Source of the DNA: a bacterium
GTDB taxonomy: Bacteria; Zhuqueibacterota; Zhuqueibacteria; Zhuqueibacterales; Zhuqueibacteraceae
DNA length: 64,000 nucleotides
Assembly: GCA_044869275.1 (NCBI GenBank)
Contig: JBIOXB010000036.1
Location: forward strand, 25,621-89,620
Direction: 5' to 3'
The notes under the pieces were generated by a model. That model saw only the letters and a list, made by a program, of their open reading frames with translations. It had not been told where the DNA came from and did no database searches. Position numbers and translations under genes: made by a program. Of the stretch, positions 29,055 to 39,681 are shown in pieces (the first letter of the stretch is position 1; each line of letters begins with the position of its first letter).

Positions 29055-32000
29055 ATGAATCATTCCTACCTGCAACTCGAACGCCGCCTGGAAGAAGCAT
29101 TGCAAGCCTGGCGGCGCAGCCGCTGGCAACGCGGGCTGAGTGTCGCGCTTTTCGGATTGCTCGCCATTTTGGCCTTCGTTTATTGGGTGGAACCTCACCG
29201 GCCAATTTTGTGGTGGGCGACGCTGGCGGCCTTGTCCCTCGGGTGGGTGATGCTCTTGGCGAAGTTTTTTATTCTGCCTTTGCGTAGCCGCCCCACGCTC
29301 GCGCAAGTCGCACGCTTTCTGGAAGAACAGCATCCCGAGCTGGAAGATCGCCTGGCAACCGCGGTGGAATTCGGTGCCCGCCGTATCAAAGCAGATGAGC
29401 AAACGTGGCTGGACCGCATGATTCGTGAAGCGATCACACGCACCGCCACCATGAATTTCCCGCAACAGTTGCAGCTTCCCTTTGCCCGTGGCTGGCAATT
29501 CCTGGCGGCGGCCGCGGCGATTTTATTCTTCCTGGTGCTGCTCAATTACTCCGGGCCGTTTCAGAGCAGAGTGGCGGGCTATCTCGAAAAGCCGAGCGCG
29601 CCGGCGCCCACCGTCAGCCAGTTGCAAATCACGCCCGGGGACGCCAAAGTGGCGCGCGGTGAAACGGTGGAAATCGCTGCGCGCACGCCGCAGCTCGAGC
29701 TCACGCAGGCGACCATCTATTTGGAAACCCGCCGCGCTTCCTGGCAGCCGAGCGCCATGAATCTTGCGGCACAACCGGGAGAATTCGCGCACAAAGTCTT
29801 TGACGTGCGCGACACCCTGCGCTACTACGTGCGCGCGGGCGACGAGCTTTCACCGATTTATACGCTGTTCCCGCTGGAGGCGCCGGAAATCAAAAGCTTT
29901 CGTGTCAGGTATCGTTATCCGGCGGGAATGGGCCTATCGCCCAAGGGCGAAAGCGTGAGCGGCGATATTTACGCGCCCGCCGGCACCACGATCGATTTGG
30001 AAGTTGTCGCGACCCAGTCCTTGCGCCGTGCCGAGGTGCGCATGGGCGACACGGCTTTTCAGGAGATGATCGTCGCTGCGGACACGTTGGCGCGCCATGC
30101 TTTCAAAGTGGAGAAAGACAGCTATTACGTGCTGCGGCTGACCAATCATGATGGTTTGAAGAATGCGCCGACCGAATATTTCATTCATGCTACGCCGGAT
30201 CAAGCCCCGCAAATCACCATTCTGCAGCCGGGTCGCGATTTGCGGCCGACGATGCTCGAAGAAGTAACGGTGGAAGTCGAGGTGCGAGAAGATTACGGTC
30301 TGCGCCGGTTCGATTTGGTTTATGCGCGCAATAATGGCGGGCAGCTCCGGCAAAACTTGCTGCCGTTGCTCGCGCGCGCCGCGCCGAACTCATTCGGCGC
30401 GAGCACGCTGCTTGCTCTTGAAGACCTCGGCGTGCAACCGGGCGATTTCATCTCTTATTATTTCGAAGCGGCAGACGCGGCGCAGCAAGCCAGCAGTGAT
30501 TTGTATTTTCTTGAAGCCCGCCCGTTCGAGGAAGAATTCTACCGCGCACTCAGCCAGGGCAGCAGCGGCAGCAGCCCGGCAACGAACCTGGCGCTGTCAC
30601 AAAAAGAAATCATCACCGCAACCTGGAAGCTGGAGCAAATGCGCGGGCATCTCGCCGCGGCCGAGCTGCCGAGCGGCAGCAAGGCGCTGGCGGAAACTCA
30701 GGAAGGCTTGCGCGAGTCCATCCAGCAAATGGCCGGGCATGCGAAGCTGCGCTCGCAGTTCGTCGACGAAGGCGCCGCGGGCAATATGGTGCAGTTTCTC
30801 GAGCAGGCCGCAGAGGCGATGCGCGAAGCCGTGCCGTTGCTGGAAACGGCCAAACTTGCAGAAGCACTCGATCCCGAGCGCCGCGCTTATCATGCTTTGC
30901 TGCAGGCGGAAGCAGAGATTCGCCGGCGCGAGCTGACGCAATCATCGAATGCGGCGAGCTCGTACAACCAGCTGCAAAGCCGCGACGATTTGCAGCGCCT
31001 TTTCAAAGACGAATTGGAAAAGATTCAATCCAAGTACGAAACGTTCGAGAACAGCCGCCAGCAGCAACACGACGCGCAAATGAACGAGGCGCAGGAAAAG
31101 GTGCGCGAGCTGGCGCAGCGGCAGGAACGGCTCGTCGATCTCAACCGCCGGCTGGCGCGGGAGAACCTGAATGAAGAAAATCGCCGGCAAATCGAGCGTT
31201 TGCGCCGCGAGCAGGAGCAAATCAACCGCGATTTGCAACAGCTCCGGCAGCGCATGGAGCCGCTCGACCAGAATGGCGCAAATGCCGGCAACCAAAACAC
31301 GCAACAGGCATTGCGCGAAACCATCGAAGAAATGCAGCGTGCGAGCGACAGCCTGCGTCGCAACAGCCCGTCGCAGGCGGCGGCAGAGGGCAATCGCGCG
31401 CTGGAGCGGCTCAACCGGCTGACCGAACAATTACAGCGCGAACAAACTGGCTCCTTGCGCGAGCAGCTGGCGGAGCTGCAAAACGAATTGCAGCAATTGG
31501 GCGTGGCACAATCGCAGCTCAGCGAACGGCTTCCCGACCCGCAAGGGCCGTCGACCGGCGACCCATACGCGGAGGAGGCACAAGCGCAACAGTGGCAGGA
31601 ACAGCAAAAGGATTTGCGCCAGCGCACGGAGCGCGTCCAGGACAAATTGCGCCAAACGCAAACAGCGGCGCGCAGCAAGCCGGAAGAGAAAGAAATCGCG
31701 CGCGATCTTTCCGAGGCTTTGCAAGAAATGGACAAGCGAAAGATCGCACAGCGCATGGACGAGGCTGGACGCGCGCTGGAGCAAAAAGATTGGCAGCAAG
31801 CCCGGCAGCGACAGAAAGAAGCCGCACAGGGCTTGCGCCGTGCGGAATCGGCACTGCGGGAAAGCTTGTCGCAATTGGCGGAAACTCCGGAAGAAAAACT
31901 CAATGACGCATTTCAGGAAGCGCATCGTTTGCGCGAGCGCCTGGAGGAATCCCTGCAACAAACGCGCCTTGCGCAGGGAGCTGCAGAGGCCGAGCGCGCC

Positions 32001-32438
32001 GGCGCTCCGCCATCACCAGACGCGGGCAAGCCATCGAAGCCGCAAGGGGCTTCCGGCGAACAGATTTCTGGCAATGAAAAACTGTCGCCGGAAAACATGG
32101 ATTGGTGGAATGAAAATCTGTGGAACGGCATGCGCCGCCTGGAACGATTACAGCCGTCGGTGCAGGGTGACAGCGCGCTGGGCGGTGACTATCGTGATTT
32201 GATGAAAGGCTACCGCGGCTTTCTGCAGTCTTTTCGTGGCGGTGATCCGTTGCGGCTGGAGCACCTCGAAAATCAGCTGCTGGATCCGTTGCGCCGTTTT
32301 GAGGCCGAATTGGCGACGCGCCTGGGGACCTTGCAGCAGCAAGAACGCTTGCTCAGCGTGCGCGATGAACAAGTGCCGCCGCAATATCGCCAGATGGTGG
32401 AGGAATACTTCAAGCGGCTGGCGCAAAACAAGAAGTGA
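29055..32438 (+). CDS. DUF4175-like membrane protein with Ig-like domains and long coiled coil
   Basis: Three N-terminal TMs, PELEDRLATAVE, DQAPQITI..P, EDYGL, Q/E-rich coiled coil, C-terminal VPPQYRQMVEEYFKRL. Confidence 0.85.
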   Translation: MNHSYLQLERRLEEALQAWRRSRWQRGLSVALFGLLAILAFVYWVEPHRPILWWATLAALSLGWVMLLAKFFILPLRSRPTLAQVARFLEEQHPELEDRLATAVEFGARRIKADEQTWLDRMIREAITRTATMNFPQQLQLPFARGWQFLAAAAAILFFLVLLNYSGPFQSRVAGYLEKPSAPAPTVSQLQITPGDAKVARGETVEIAARTPQLELTQATIYLETRRASWQPSAMNLAAQPGEFAHKVFDVRDTLRYYVRAGDELSPIYTLFPLEAPEIKSFRVRYRYPAGMGLSPKGESVSGDIYAPAGTTIDLEVVATQSLRRAEVRMGDTAFQEMIVAADTLARHAFKVEKDSYYVLRLTNHDGLKNAPTEYFIHATPDQAPQITILQPGRDLRPTMLEEVTVEVEVREDYGLRRFDLVYARNNGGQLRQNLLPLLARAAPNSFGASTLLALEDLGVQPGDFISYYFEAADAAQQASSDLYFLEARPFEEEFYRALSQGSSGSSPATNLALSQKEIITATWKLEQMRGHLAAAELPSGSKALAETQEGLRESIQQMAGHAKLRSQFVDEGAAGNMVQFLEQAAEAMREAVPLLETAKLAEALDPERRAYHALLQAEAEIRRRELTQSSNAASSYNQLQSRDDLQRLFKDELEKIQSKYETFENSRQQQHDAQMNEAQEKVRELAQRQERLVDLNRRLARENLNEENRRQIERLRREQEQINRDLQQLRQRMEPLDQNGANAGNQNTQQALRETIEEMQRASDSLRRNSPSQAAAEGNRALERLNRLTEQLQREQTGSLREQLAELQNELQQLGVAQSQLSERLPDPQGPSTGDPYAEEAQAQQWQEQQKDLRQRTERVQDKLRQTQTAARSKPEEKEIARDLSEALQEMDKRKIAQRMDEAGRALEQKDWQQARQRQKEAAQGLRRAESALRESLSQLAETPEEKLNDAFQEAHRLRERLEESLQQTRLAQGAAEAERAGAPPSPDAGKPSKPQGASGEQISGNEKLSPENMDWWNENLWNGMRRLERLQPSVQGDSALGGDYRDLMKGYRGFLQSFRGGDPLRLEHLENQLLDPLRRFEAELATRLGTLQQQERLLSVRDEQVPPQYRQMVEEYFKRLAQNKK

Positions 32439-32543
32439 GCGATTGCCCTATGCTCGCCCGGGATTTCCAATCTCTGGCGTAGCCGAATACGGCAGCATTT
32501 AAATATCCGGGTCTACAAAACCTATTGCTGAACCACAGCATCC

Positions 32544-34844
32544 ATGTTCGACATTCTTTTTAAATACAGCCCTGTCGTTTACGAGCAAGGCCAGTGGATT
32601 TGGCACAGCCGGCCGGCAAGTCTTGCTTTGTTCGCCCTTACCAGCCTCATCGTTTTCACGCTGCTGCTGGCGTATCGCCGCACCACGACGACGTTGCAGC
32701 GCTCGTGGCATGTTGCCCTCATTGTGATACGTGGGGCATGCCTGGCGATTCTGGCTTTTTGTTTGCTGGAACCCGCGCTTTCGGTTTCCACCATCGTGAC
32801 GCAGAAGAGTTCAGTGTTGGTGTTGGTAGATGATTCGGAAAGCATGTCGATTCCGGATGCCCCCGGCGGGCAGCGGCGCATGCAGCAAGTGGCAGCCTGG
32901 CTCGATGGCGACGCGCAAAGGGACGGAGTTCTCCACCGCCTGGAAGAGAATTTTCGCGTTGCCACTTTTCGCTTTGATGCGCGCGTCCAACCTTTGTCCG
33001 GCACCGAAGCTCTGAAGGCCGGCGGCAAGAGCACGAATATTGCACAAGCTTTGTCCTTTGCCGCGCAACAAGCGCAGCAGCGCGCGCTTTCCGGTGTGAT
33101 CCTGGTCACGGATGGCGCGGCCTCTGCCGGCGCCGATCCATTGCACGCGGTGCGTGATTTGATTGCGGGCAATGTGCCGGTCTTTACCGTGGGCGTGGGA
33201 ACGAAAATCGCTCACGACGTGCAGATCGCCAAAGTCAGCGCCACGCCCGCGGTCCTGGAAAATGACATGGTCGAAGTCAATGCGCTGCTGCAAGCGCGCG
33301 GATATGTGGACCAGAAAGCCGAAATTGAGTTGCGCGAAAGCGGCACCGTCTTGCAGCGGCAAAGTGTCACCCTGGATGAAGCGAGCAAGCGCGTGAGCAT
33401 GTCTTTCGCGCCGCGTGCCGGTTTTGCGCAATATACGCTCGCAGTACAGCCACTGCCGCGTGAAGTGGTGGCCAGCAACAATCAAAAGAGCTTTTTGGTG
33501 AACAGCCGCAAGCGCACGGCGCGCATTCTCTACGTCGAGGAAATCTCGCCGTGGGAATTCAAATTCATCCAGCGCGCGCTCGAGGGCGATCCTGCGGTGC
33601 AACTGACTGCGCTGTTGAAAACCGGGCAGGAAAAATTTCTGCGTTTGGGGCTGCGCGACGCCAACGAACTCGCGCAAGGGTTTCCCAAAAGCGCAGCGGA
33701 ATTGTTCGGTTATCAGGCTGTCATTCTGCGCAATGTGCCTGCCGATTTCTTTTCCGCGGAGCAATTGCAGCTTTTGCATGATTTTGTGGACAAACGCGGC
33801 GGCGGCTTCATGATGCTGGGCGGCATGAAATCCTTTTCCGAGGGCCGCTATAATAACACGCCCGTGGCAGAGTTGCTCCCGCTGGAATTGCTGCCCCTTT
33901 TCGCCGCGGACGGCCGGGCGATTCCTCCACAGTTTCATGAAGAATTCCGTTTCACGCCCATGGCGGAGTATTTGAACACACCGCTGCTGCAGCTCGATCC
34001 GGAGCCCCTGGCCAATTTGAAAATGTGGGAAGCTTTGCCGCTGTTGCAAGGTTACAACCCGCTGGGCGGGGCCAAGCCCGGCGCGACGATTCTCGCCGTG
34101 CATCCCCTACATCGCGCCGAGTCGCCGCGTATCGTGCTGGCGACGCAGCGTTTTGGCCGCGGCCGCGTGGCGGCGCTCGCCACTGGAACCACTTGGCGCT
34201 GGCAAATGCATCGCGAACACACGGACATGACGCACGAGCGCTTTTGGCGCCAGCTGGCGCGCTGGCTGAGCGTGACAGCCCCGGAAGCGGTGGCGGTCGA
34301 GCTCGAGCGTGAAAGCTTCTCACCGCACGAAAGTGTCGCGATCCACATTGAAGTGAGAGACAGCGTATTTGCGCCGCAGCTCCAAGCCAACGTCACCGTC
34401 AAGATTACGGGGCCGAGACAGCAAGCGACTTCGCTGCAGGCCGCCACCGATCTCACCGGCGAACAAATCGGAGAGGCCGCGAAATATCTGGCCAACTTCG
34501 AAACCGCAACAGAGGGGCTTTATCACGTCGAGATCCTGGCGCACGACCGGCAAGGCCGTTATCTCGGCAATGCGGAATCGGCTTTTTTTGTCGAGCCTTC
34601 GCAAGCCGAGCTGGCGAATCCCGACGTGCAGTCGCCCTTGCTGCAACGCTTGGCGGAAATGACCAAAGGCCGCTATTTTCCCATTGCCCAGGCGCAGGAC
34701 TTGCCCGATGCCCTCAAAATCGCGGAGAGCTCTTATTCCAAAATGGCGGAGCACGACGTGTGGGACGCGCCGGTTTTCTTTTTGGCGATGGTTTTGTTGC
34801 TGGCGGCGGAATGGTATATCCGGCGCGCACGAGGGTTGTCGTGA
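32544..34844 (+). CDS. membrane protein with vWA and class I glutamine amidotransferase-like domains
   Basis: N-terminal TMs, DDSESM MIDAS, VTDG, FVDKRGGGFMMLGG, GRGRV, WRWQM, FWRQLARWL, C-terminal AEWYIRR TM. Confidence 0.85.
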   Translation: MFDILFKYSPVVYEQGQWIWHSRPASLALFALTSLIVFTLLLAYRRTTTTLQRSWHVALIVIRGACLAILAFCLLEPALSVSTIVTQKSSVLVLVDDSESMSIPDAPGGQRRMQQVAAWLDGDAQRDGVLHRLEENFRVATFRFDARVQPLSGTEALKAGGKSTNIAQALSFAAQQAQQRALSGVILVTDGAASAGADPLHAVRDLIAGNVPVFTVGVGTKIAHDVQIAKVSATPAVLENDMVEVNALLQARGYVDQKAEIELRESGTVLQRQSVTLDEASKRVSMSFAPRAGFAQYTLAVQPLPREVVASNNQKSFLVNSRKRTARILYVEEISPWEFKFIQRALEGDPAVQLTALLKTGQEKFLRLGLRDANELAQGFPKSAAELFGYQAVILRNVPADFFSAEQLQLLHDFVDKRGGGFMMLGGMKSFSEGRYNNTPVAELLPLELLPLFAADGRAIPPQFHEEFRFTPMAEYLNTPLLQLDPEPLANLKMWEALPLLQGYNPLGGAKPGATILAVHPLHRAESPRIVLATQRFGRGRVAALATGTTWRWQMHREHTDMTHERFWRQLARWLSVTAPEAVAVELERESFSPHESVAIHIEVRDSVFAPQLQANVTVKITGPRQQATSLQAATDLTGEQIGEAAKYLANFETATEGLYHVEILAHDRQGRYLGNAESAFFVEPSQAELANPDVQSPLLQRLAEMTKGRYFPIAQAQDLPDALKIAESSYSKMAEHDVWDAPVFFLAMVLLLAAEWYIRRARGLS

Positions 34845-34942
34845 TAAATTTTTAGAGCCACGACTCCCCATTGCCTAAAAAAGAAAGATTCTTCTGAAAT
34901 GGCAGTTTACGGAAATCCGCACCAAAAAGCTCCTCATCTGCT

Positions 34943-35995
34943 ATGAAAAAAACTTGCTTCGCCCAATGCCGTCACGCGCTGTTCATTGGTGCGGCAATCA
35001 TCTTAGCTTGGCATACTGCACTGCTCTCCAATACTCGCGTGTTCATCATCGCCGGCAAAGGCGGCACGCCGGAATACACGGAGAAATTCCATACCTTCGC
35101 ACAACGTCTGCAAACGGCGCTGGTCAATCACCACAATTTTACACCCGAGCAAATCAAGATTTTATCCGAAACCGGAGACGGTTCACCCTCAAGCCGGCTG
35201 CTGTGCAATGCGCAAAATGTGGAACAAGTCCTTGCCGAGCTTGCGGCGGAACTGCAGCCGGACGATCAGCTCGTCATCATTCTTTTTGGGCATGGCAGCT
35301 CGGACGGCGTGGTTTCGAAGTTCAATCTGGCCGGGCCGGATTTGCGCGACCTCGATTTCGCGCGTTTATTGGAGCGCGTGCTAACGCCACGGCAAATATT
35401 CATTAACACCAGCTCCGCCAGCGCCGGCTTCATTGAAAAGCTGGCGCGCAAAGAGCGGGTGATCATCACCGCCACGCGCAGTCCAGAAGAGAATTTTGCC
35501 ACAAAATTTCCCGAGTATTTCGTTGAAGCATTTGAAAAGAAGGAGGAGGTCGATCTCAACAAGGACCAGCAGATTTCGTTGCTCGAAATCTTCGACTATA
35601 CGCGGGATCAAGTAGTGAGATTTTACGAGCAGGCGAACCGCCTGCGGCCCGAGCATCCGCTGCTCGACGACAACGGGGATGGCGTGGGCAGCGAAACTCC
35701 CTTGGTCCATGCGAGCGATGCGCCGCCGCACGGCGAGCAAACACAAAACGCCGACGGCGCACTGGCCGCGCGCACCGTTTTGACGGCAGTCGCGCCGTCA
35801 GCCAGCCCGGTGTTGACTGCGGCGGAAAGAGCAGACACTCCCGCGGAGAAAAAAAAGACAAAATTGCTTGCCGAAATCGAAGACTTGAAAGCGCAAAAAA
35901 GCTCCATGCCCGTGACGGATTACGAACGCAAACTCGAGACGCTGTTTATCGAACTGGCCAAATTGAACCGTGAAATCAAGAAAACTTCTCAATAA
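34943..35995 (+). CDS. exported caspase/peptidase C13-fold protein
   Basis: Signal peptide, IILFGHGS, FINTSSASAGF, VIITAT, DLNKDQQISLLEIF EF-hand-like segment, EHPLLDDNGDG. Confidence 0.75.
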   Translation: MKKTCFAQCRHALFIGAAIILAWHTALLSNTRVFIIAGKGGTPEYTEKFHTFAQRLQTALVNHHNFTPEQIKILSETGDGSPSSRLLCNAQNVEQVLAELAAELQPDDQLVIILFGHGSSDGVVSKFNLAGPDLRDLDFARLLERVLTPRQIFINTSSASAGFIEKLARKERVIITATRSPEENFATKFPEYFVEAFEKKEEVDLNKDQQISLLEIFDYTRDQVVRFYEQANRLRPEHPLLDDNGDGVGSETPLVHASDAPPHGEQTQNADGALAARTVLTAVAPSASPVLTAAERADTPAEKKKTKLLAEIEDLKAQKSSMPVTDYERKLETLFIELAKLNREIKKTSQ

Positions 35996-36043
35996 ACACC
36001 CCGCTCTCTTCGAATTCTCTTGCCGACTTGCCGGAATTTCTGC

Positions 36044-36072
36044 TTGACATTGCGCGCTCGCATAATTACATT
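36044..36072 (+). promoter_or_regulatory. sigma70-type promoter for the oxidase operon
   Basis: TTGACA-N17-TACATT. Confidence 0.5.
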
Positions 36073-36128
36073 GACCGACAATTTTTTTGCGTATGATGCG
36101 GGCATGACGCCCATCTTGAAAAACTGCT

Positions 36129-36920
36129 GTGAGCCGAATTTATTCCGCACGCCAGATTCTCGTTCTGATCTATTGCAGCGCCTTCGGTTGGCTCGGCTGC
36201 CGTGGTGATTCCGGTCACGAAGCCGCTTCACCCGCTTCCGGGCATACGCTCACCGCGGCCGAATTCGAGCAGAATGCGACCAGCGCAGTCGCTGGCCACG
36301 CTTTTTTCGAGGGCCGGCTCCCGGAACCGAAAGTATGGCGCGTGGCGAGCAGCGATCCTGGCTGCGCGCCAGAAGGCCACGACTTGATTGAATCCGAAGA
36401 AATCGTGGTCAACACCAATGGCACGCTCCGCAACGTTTTTATTTACATTTCCAGCGATTTGAGCTCGCTCCAATTTCCGCTCCCTTCCGGGCCGGTGATT
36501 TTGGACCAGCGCGGCTGTCGCTATGTGCCGCACGTGTTCGGCCTGCGCGCCGGACAAGAGCTGCAGATTTGGAATGGCGATAGCACCATGCACAACGTGC
36601 ACGCTGCGCCACGGCGCAACCACGCTTTTAACATTGGCATGACGCGGGTGGTCAAAAAGCTCGCACGCGCATTTGACCGGCCGGAAGTGATGATACCCTT
36701 CAACTGCAATGTGCATCCGTGGATGTCAGCTTATGCCGGCGTGTTGGACCACCCCTTTTTCGCCATCACCAATACGGAAGGCAGTTTTCGGCTGGGTTTG
36801 TTGCCGCCGGGCGAATACGAAATCACCGCCTGGCACGAGCGGTTTGGCGTTTTGAAGCAGAGCGTGAAGCTGGGGCCAACCGAGGAGCGGCGGGTTGATT
36901 TCAGTTTTCTGGCGCGCTGA
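36129..36920 (+). CDS. lipoprotein with cupredoxin-like domain and carboxypeptidase-regulatory-like beta-sandwich
   Basis: Lipobox WLG-C, DQRGCRYVPHV, HNVH, CNVHPWM, LPPGEYEITAWHE. Confidence 0.8.
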   Translation: MSRIYSARQILVLIYCSAFGWLGCRGDSGHEAASPASGHTLTAAEFEQNATSAVAGHAFFEGRLPEPKVWRVASSDPGCAPEGHDLIESEEIVVNTNGTLRNVFIYISSDLSSLQFPLPSGPVILDQRGCRYVPHVFGLRAGQELQIWNGDSTMHNVHAAPRRNHAFNIGMTRVVKKLARAFDRPEVMIPFNCNVHPWMSAYAGVLDHPFFAITNTEGSFRLGLLPPGEYEITAWHERFGVLKQSVKLGPTEERRVDFSFLAR

Positions 36921-37102
36921 GGCGCGGCAAGCACATCATGGAACAGTATCATTCCATTTCGACGCTTGGGGACGAAATCTCCTCCAGCGTGACATCCATC
37001 GACTGGCTGCAATGAAACTTCTGCATCCGCAGAAGCGACACAATTATGGCGTAACCGACATGCGGCAACATCATCACCCCAAATTTTCGAGGAGAGAGGC
37101 GC

Positions 37103-37816
37103 ATGCTTGACTGGCTTCCGGAATCCCTTTCAACGTATAGCGGCGAGATCGATTTTTTCTTCTACGTCATCTATTACATCACTACTGGAGTCTTCGCGAT
37201 AGTGGCGGGCGCACTGATTTATTTTCTCATCAAATATCGCTTCCGTGAAGGCCGCCGCGCCGTGTATTCACACGGCAACATTACGCTGGAATGGGTATGG
37301 ACGCTGGCGACCACGGTGGCAATGTTGGTGCTGGCCCTGGCAAGCAAGCCGTTGTGGGGCCGTATCAAACAAGAATTGCCACCACCGGGCGTTATCGTGC
37401 AAGTCACTGGCAAGCAATTCAATTGGGAAGTATTGTATCCCGGCCCCGACCAAGCCTTTGGTACGGCGGATGATTACCAGATCGACAATGAAGTGCATGT
37501 GCCGGTCAACACGGTCGTGCACGTCCATCTCAAATCCAAAGACGTCATTCACAGTTTCTTTGTCCCCGTGTTGCGTTTGAAGCAAGACGCTCTGCCCGGC
37601 CGCGAGATCAAAGCGTGGTTCGAAGCCACGAAAGCCGGCGAATACGAGATTCCCTGCGCCGAGCTGTGCGGCTTTGGCCATTCCGGCATGCTCGGCCATC
37701 TGTTCGTGCATGAGCCCGAAGATTATCAAAATTGGGTGCAACAAACCTGGCCCGCGCCCGAAAGTCCCGCCAGCAGCGATAGCACGCAAGCCCCGGCAGA
37801 GAATCCTCAACAGTAA
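37103..37816 (+). CDS. coxB: cytochrome c oxidase subunit II
   Basis: Two TMs, DVIHSF, CuA motif CAELCGFGHSGM. No fused heme c. Confidence 0.96.
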   Translation: MLDWLPESLSTYSGEIDFFFYVIYYITTGVFAIVAGALIYFLIKYRFREGRRAVYSHGNITLEWVWTLATTVAMLVLALASKPLWGRIKQELPPPGVIVQVTGKQFNWEVLYPGPDQAFGTADDYQIDNEVHVPVNTVVHVHLKSKDVIHSFFVPVLRLKQDALPGREIKAWFEATKAGEYEIPCAELCGFGHSGMLGHLFVHEPEDYQNWVQQTWPAPESPASSDSTQAPAENPQQ

Positions 37817-37827
37817 AGGGTTGAAAG

Positions 37828-39663
37828 ATGAGCGAGACCACACACGTGCAAGAAGCACATGCGCATCAAGGTTTCATTCGCACATACATTTTTTCCACCG
37901 ATCACAAAATGATCGGCAAGCAGTTTTTAATAATGGGTTTGTTGATGATGGTTCTCGGTGGCGGCTTGGCGTTGGTGTTTCGCTGGCAACTGGCCTATCC
38001 CGACAAACCGCTGCCGCTGATTGGCGCTTCGCAGAAATTCTTGGAATCCGGCGAGCCGCAAACCTTCATGGATCACAAATGGGCGGATTGGATGAGCAAG
38101 GAGGAAGCCGAGCAAAACTGGTTCGCGCGCAACCTGCCCATGGGCACGGTCACGCCGGCGTTCTATAACTCGCTCTTTACCATGCACGCCACCATTATGA
38201 TTTTTTTCGTGGTGATGCCCATTCTCGTTGGTTGCTTCGGAAATTTTCTCATACCTTTGATGATCGGCACGCGCGATATGGCCTTTCCTCTGCTCAATAT
38301 GCTTTCGTTCTGGGTCGCGTTCATTGCCGGCATCATCATGATGATCGGCTTTGTCGTGCCGGGCGGGCATGCGGCCGCGGGCTGGACCTCGTACGCGCCC
38401 TTGAGTGCCGATCCGCAATGGACCGGCGTCGATTGGGGCCAGGGTTTGTGGTGCATTAGCTTGATCGTCATCGGTATTTCCTCCTTGATGGGCTCGATCA
38501 ATTACATCACCACCATCATCAACATGCGCGCGCCGGGCATGACTTATTTCCGCCTGCCGCTCACCATCTGGTCGCTGTTCATTGTCGCGATTTTGTTGCT
38601 GCTCGCGCTGCCGGTGTTGACTTCGGCGCTGGCGATGTTGCTGTTCGATCAATGGGCGGGCACGCATTTCTTTGACGTCGCCGGCGGCGGCGAGCCTTTG
38701 CTCTGGCAGCATCTCTTCTGGTTCTTCGGCCATCCCGAAGTTTACGTTTTGATTCTGCCGGCGATGGGCATTGCTTCGGAGATTCTGCCGGTGTTCGCGC
38801 GTAAGCCGATTTTCGGCTACCGCGCCATGGTCTACGCCATGATTGCCATCGCCTTTCTCGGCTGGATCGTGTGGGGCCATCACATGTTTCAAAGCGGCAT
38901 GAACCCCGCGCTCGGCACCACGTTCATGGTTTCGACCATGTTCATTGCCGTGCCCTCCGCCATTAAAACGTTCAACTGGCTGGGGACGCTGTGGGGAGGA
39001 AATATTCGCTTCACCACTCCCATGCTCTTCGCCCTCGCGTTCGTGTCCATGTTCGTGATCGGCGGTTTGAGCGGCATCTATATGGCCTCGACGCCGGTTG
39101 ATATTTTCATTCACGACACCTATTACATCGTCGCGCACATTCACTACGTCGTGTTCGGCGGCAGCATCATGGGTATCTTCGCCGGCCTTTACTACTGGTT
39201 CCCGAAAATGTTTGGCCGCAAGCTAAATGAGACTTGGGGCAAGATTCACTTCGGCCTCACGTTCCTAGCCTTTAATTTCACCTTCTTTCCCATGCACATT
39301 CTTGGCATCGGCGGTCACATGCGCCGCATCGCCAATCCCATGCAGTATCAGTTCTTGCACGATTTGCAATGGATCAACGTGTTGATCACGCACAGTGCAA
39401 TCCTGCTGGGCTTCGCGCAATTGATCTTCGCGTTTAATCTCATCGCCAGCCTGGCGCGCCGCAAGAAGGCCGAAGACAATCCCTGGCACGCCAATACCTT
39501 GGAATGGGATGCGCCCACGCCGCCGCCGCACGGCAACTTCCTGGAGCAACCCACCGTTCATCGCGGGCCGTATGAATACAGCTCGCCGGAGGTGGAAGAT
39601 GATTGGCTGCCGCAATCGCGGCGCCTGGGCGCGAGGGCCGGCCGCTCGCACGACGGGCATTGA
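37828..39663 (+). CDS. coxA: cytochrome c oxidase subunit I (type A1)
   Basis: TDHKMIG, TMHAT, RDMAFP, WFFGHPEVY, WGHHMF, AHIHY. Confidence 0.97.
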   Translation: MSETTHVQEAHAHQGFIRTYIFSTDHKMIGKQFLIMGLLMMVLGGGLALVFRWQLAYPDKPLPLIGASQKFLESGEPQTFMDHKWADWMSKEEAEQNWFARNLPMGTVTPAFYNSLFTMHATIMIFFVVMPILVGCFGNFLIPLMIGTRDMAFPLLNMLSFWVAFIAGIIMMIGFVVPGGHAAAGWTSYAPLSADPQWTGVDWGQGLWCISLIVIGISSLMGSINYITTIINMRAPGMTYFRLPLTIWSLFIVAILLLLALPVLTSALAMLLFDQWAGTHFFDVAGGGEPLLWQHLFWFFGHPEVYVLILPAMGIASEILPVFARKPIFGYRAMVYAMIAIAFLGWIVWGHHMFQSGMNPALGTTFMVSTMFIAVPSAIKTFNWLGTLWGGNIRFTTPMLFALAFVSMFVIGGLSGIYMASTPVDIFIHDTYYIVAHIHYVVFGGSIMGIFAGLYYWFPKMFGRKLNETWGKIHFGLTFLAFNFTFFPMHILGIGGHMRRIANPMQYQFLHDLQWINVLITHSAILLGFAQLIFAFNLIASLARRKKAEDNPWHANTLEWDAPTPPPHGNFLEQPTVHRGPYEYSSPEVEDDWLPQSRRLGARAGRSHDGH

Positions 39664-39681
39664 AAAACGGTTTTTACAAAT

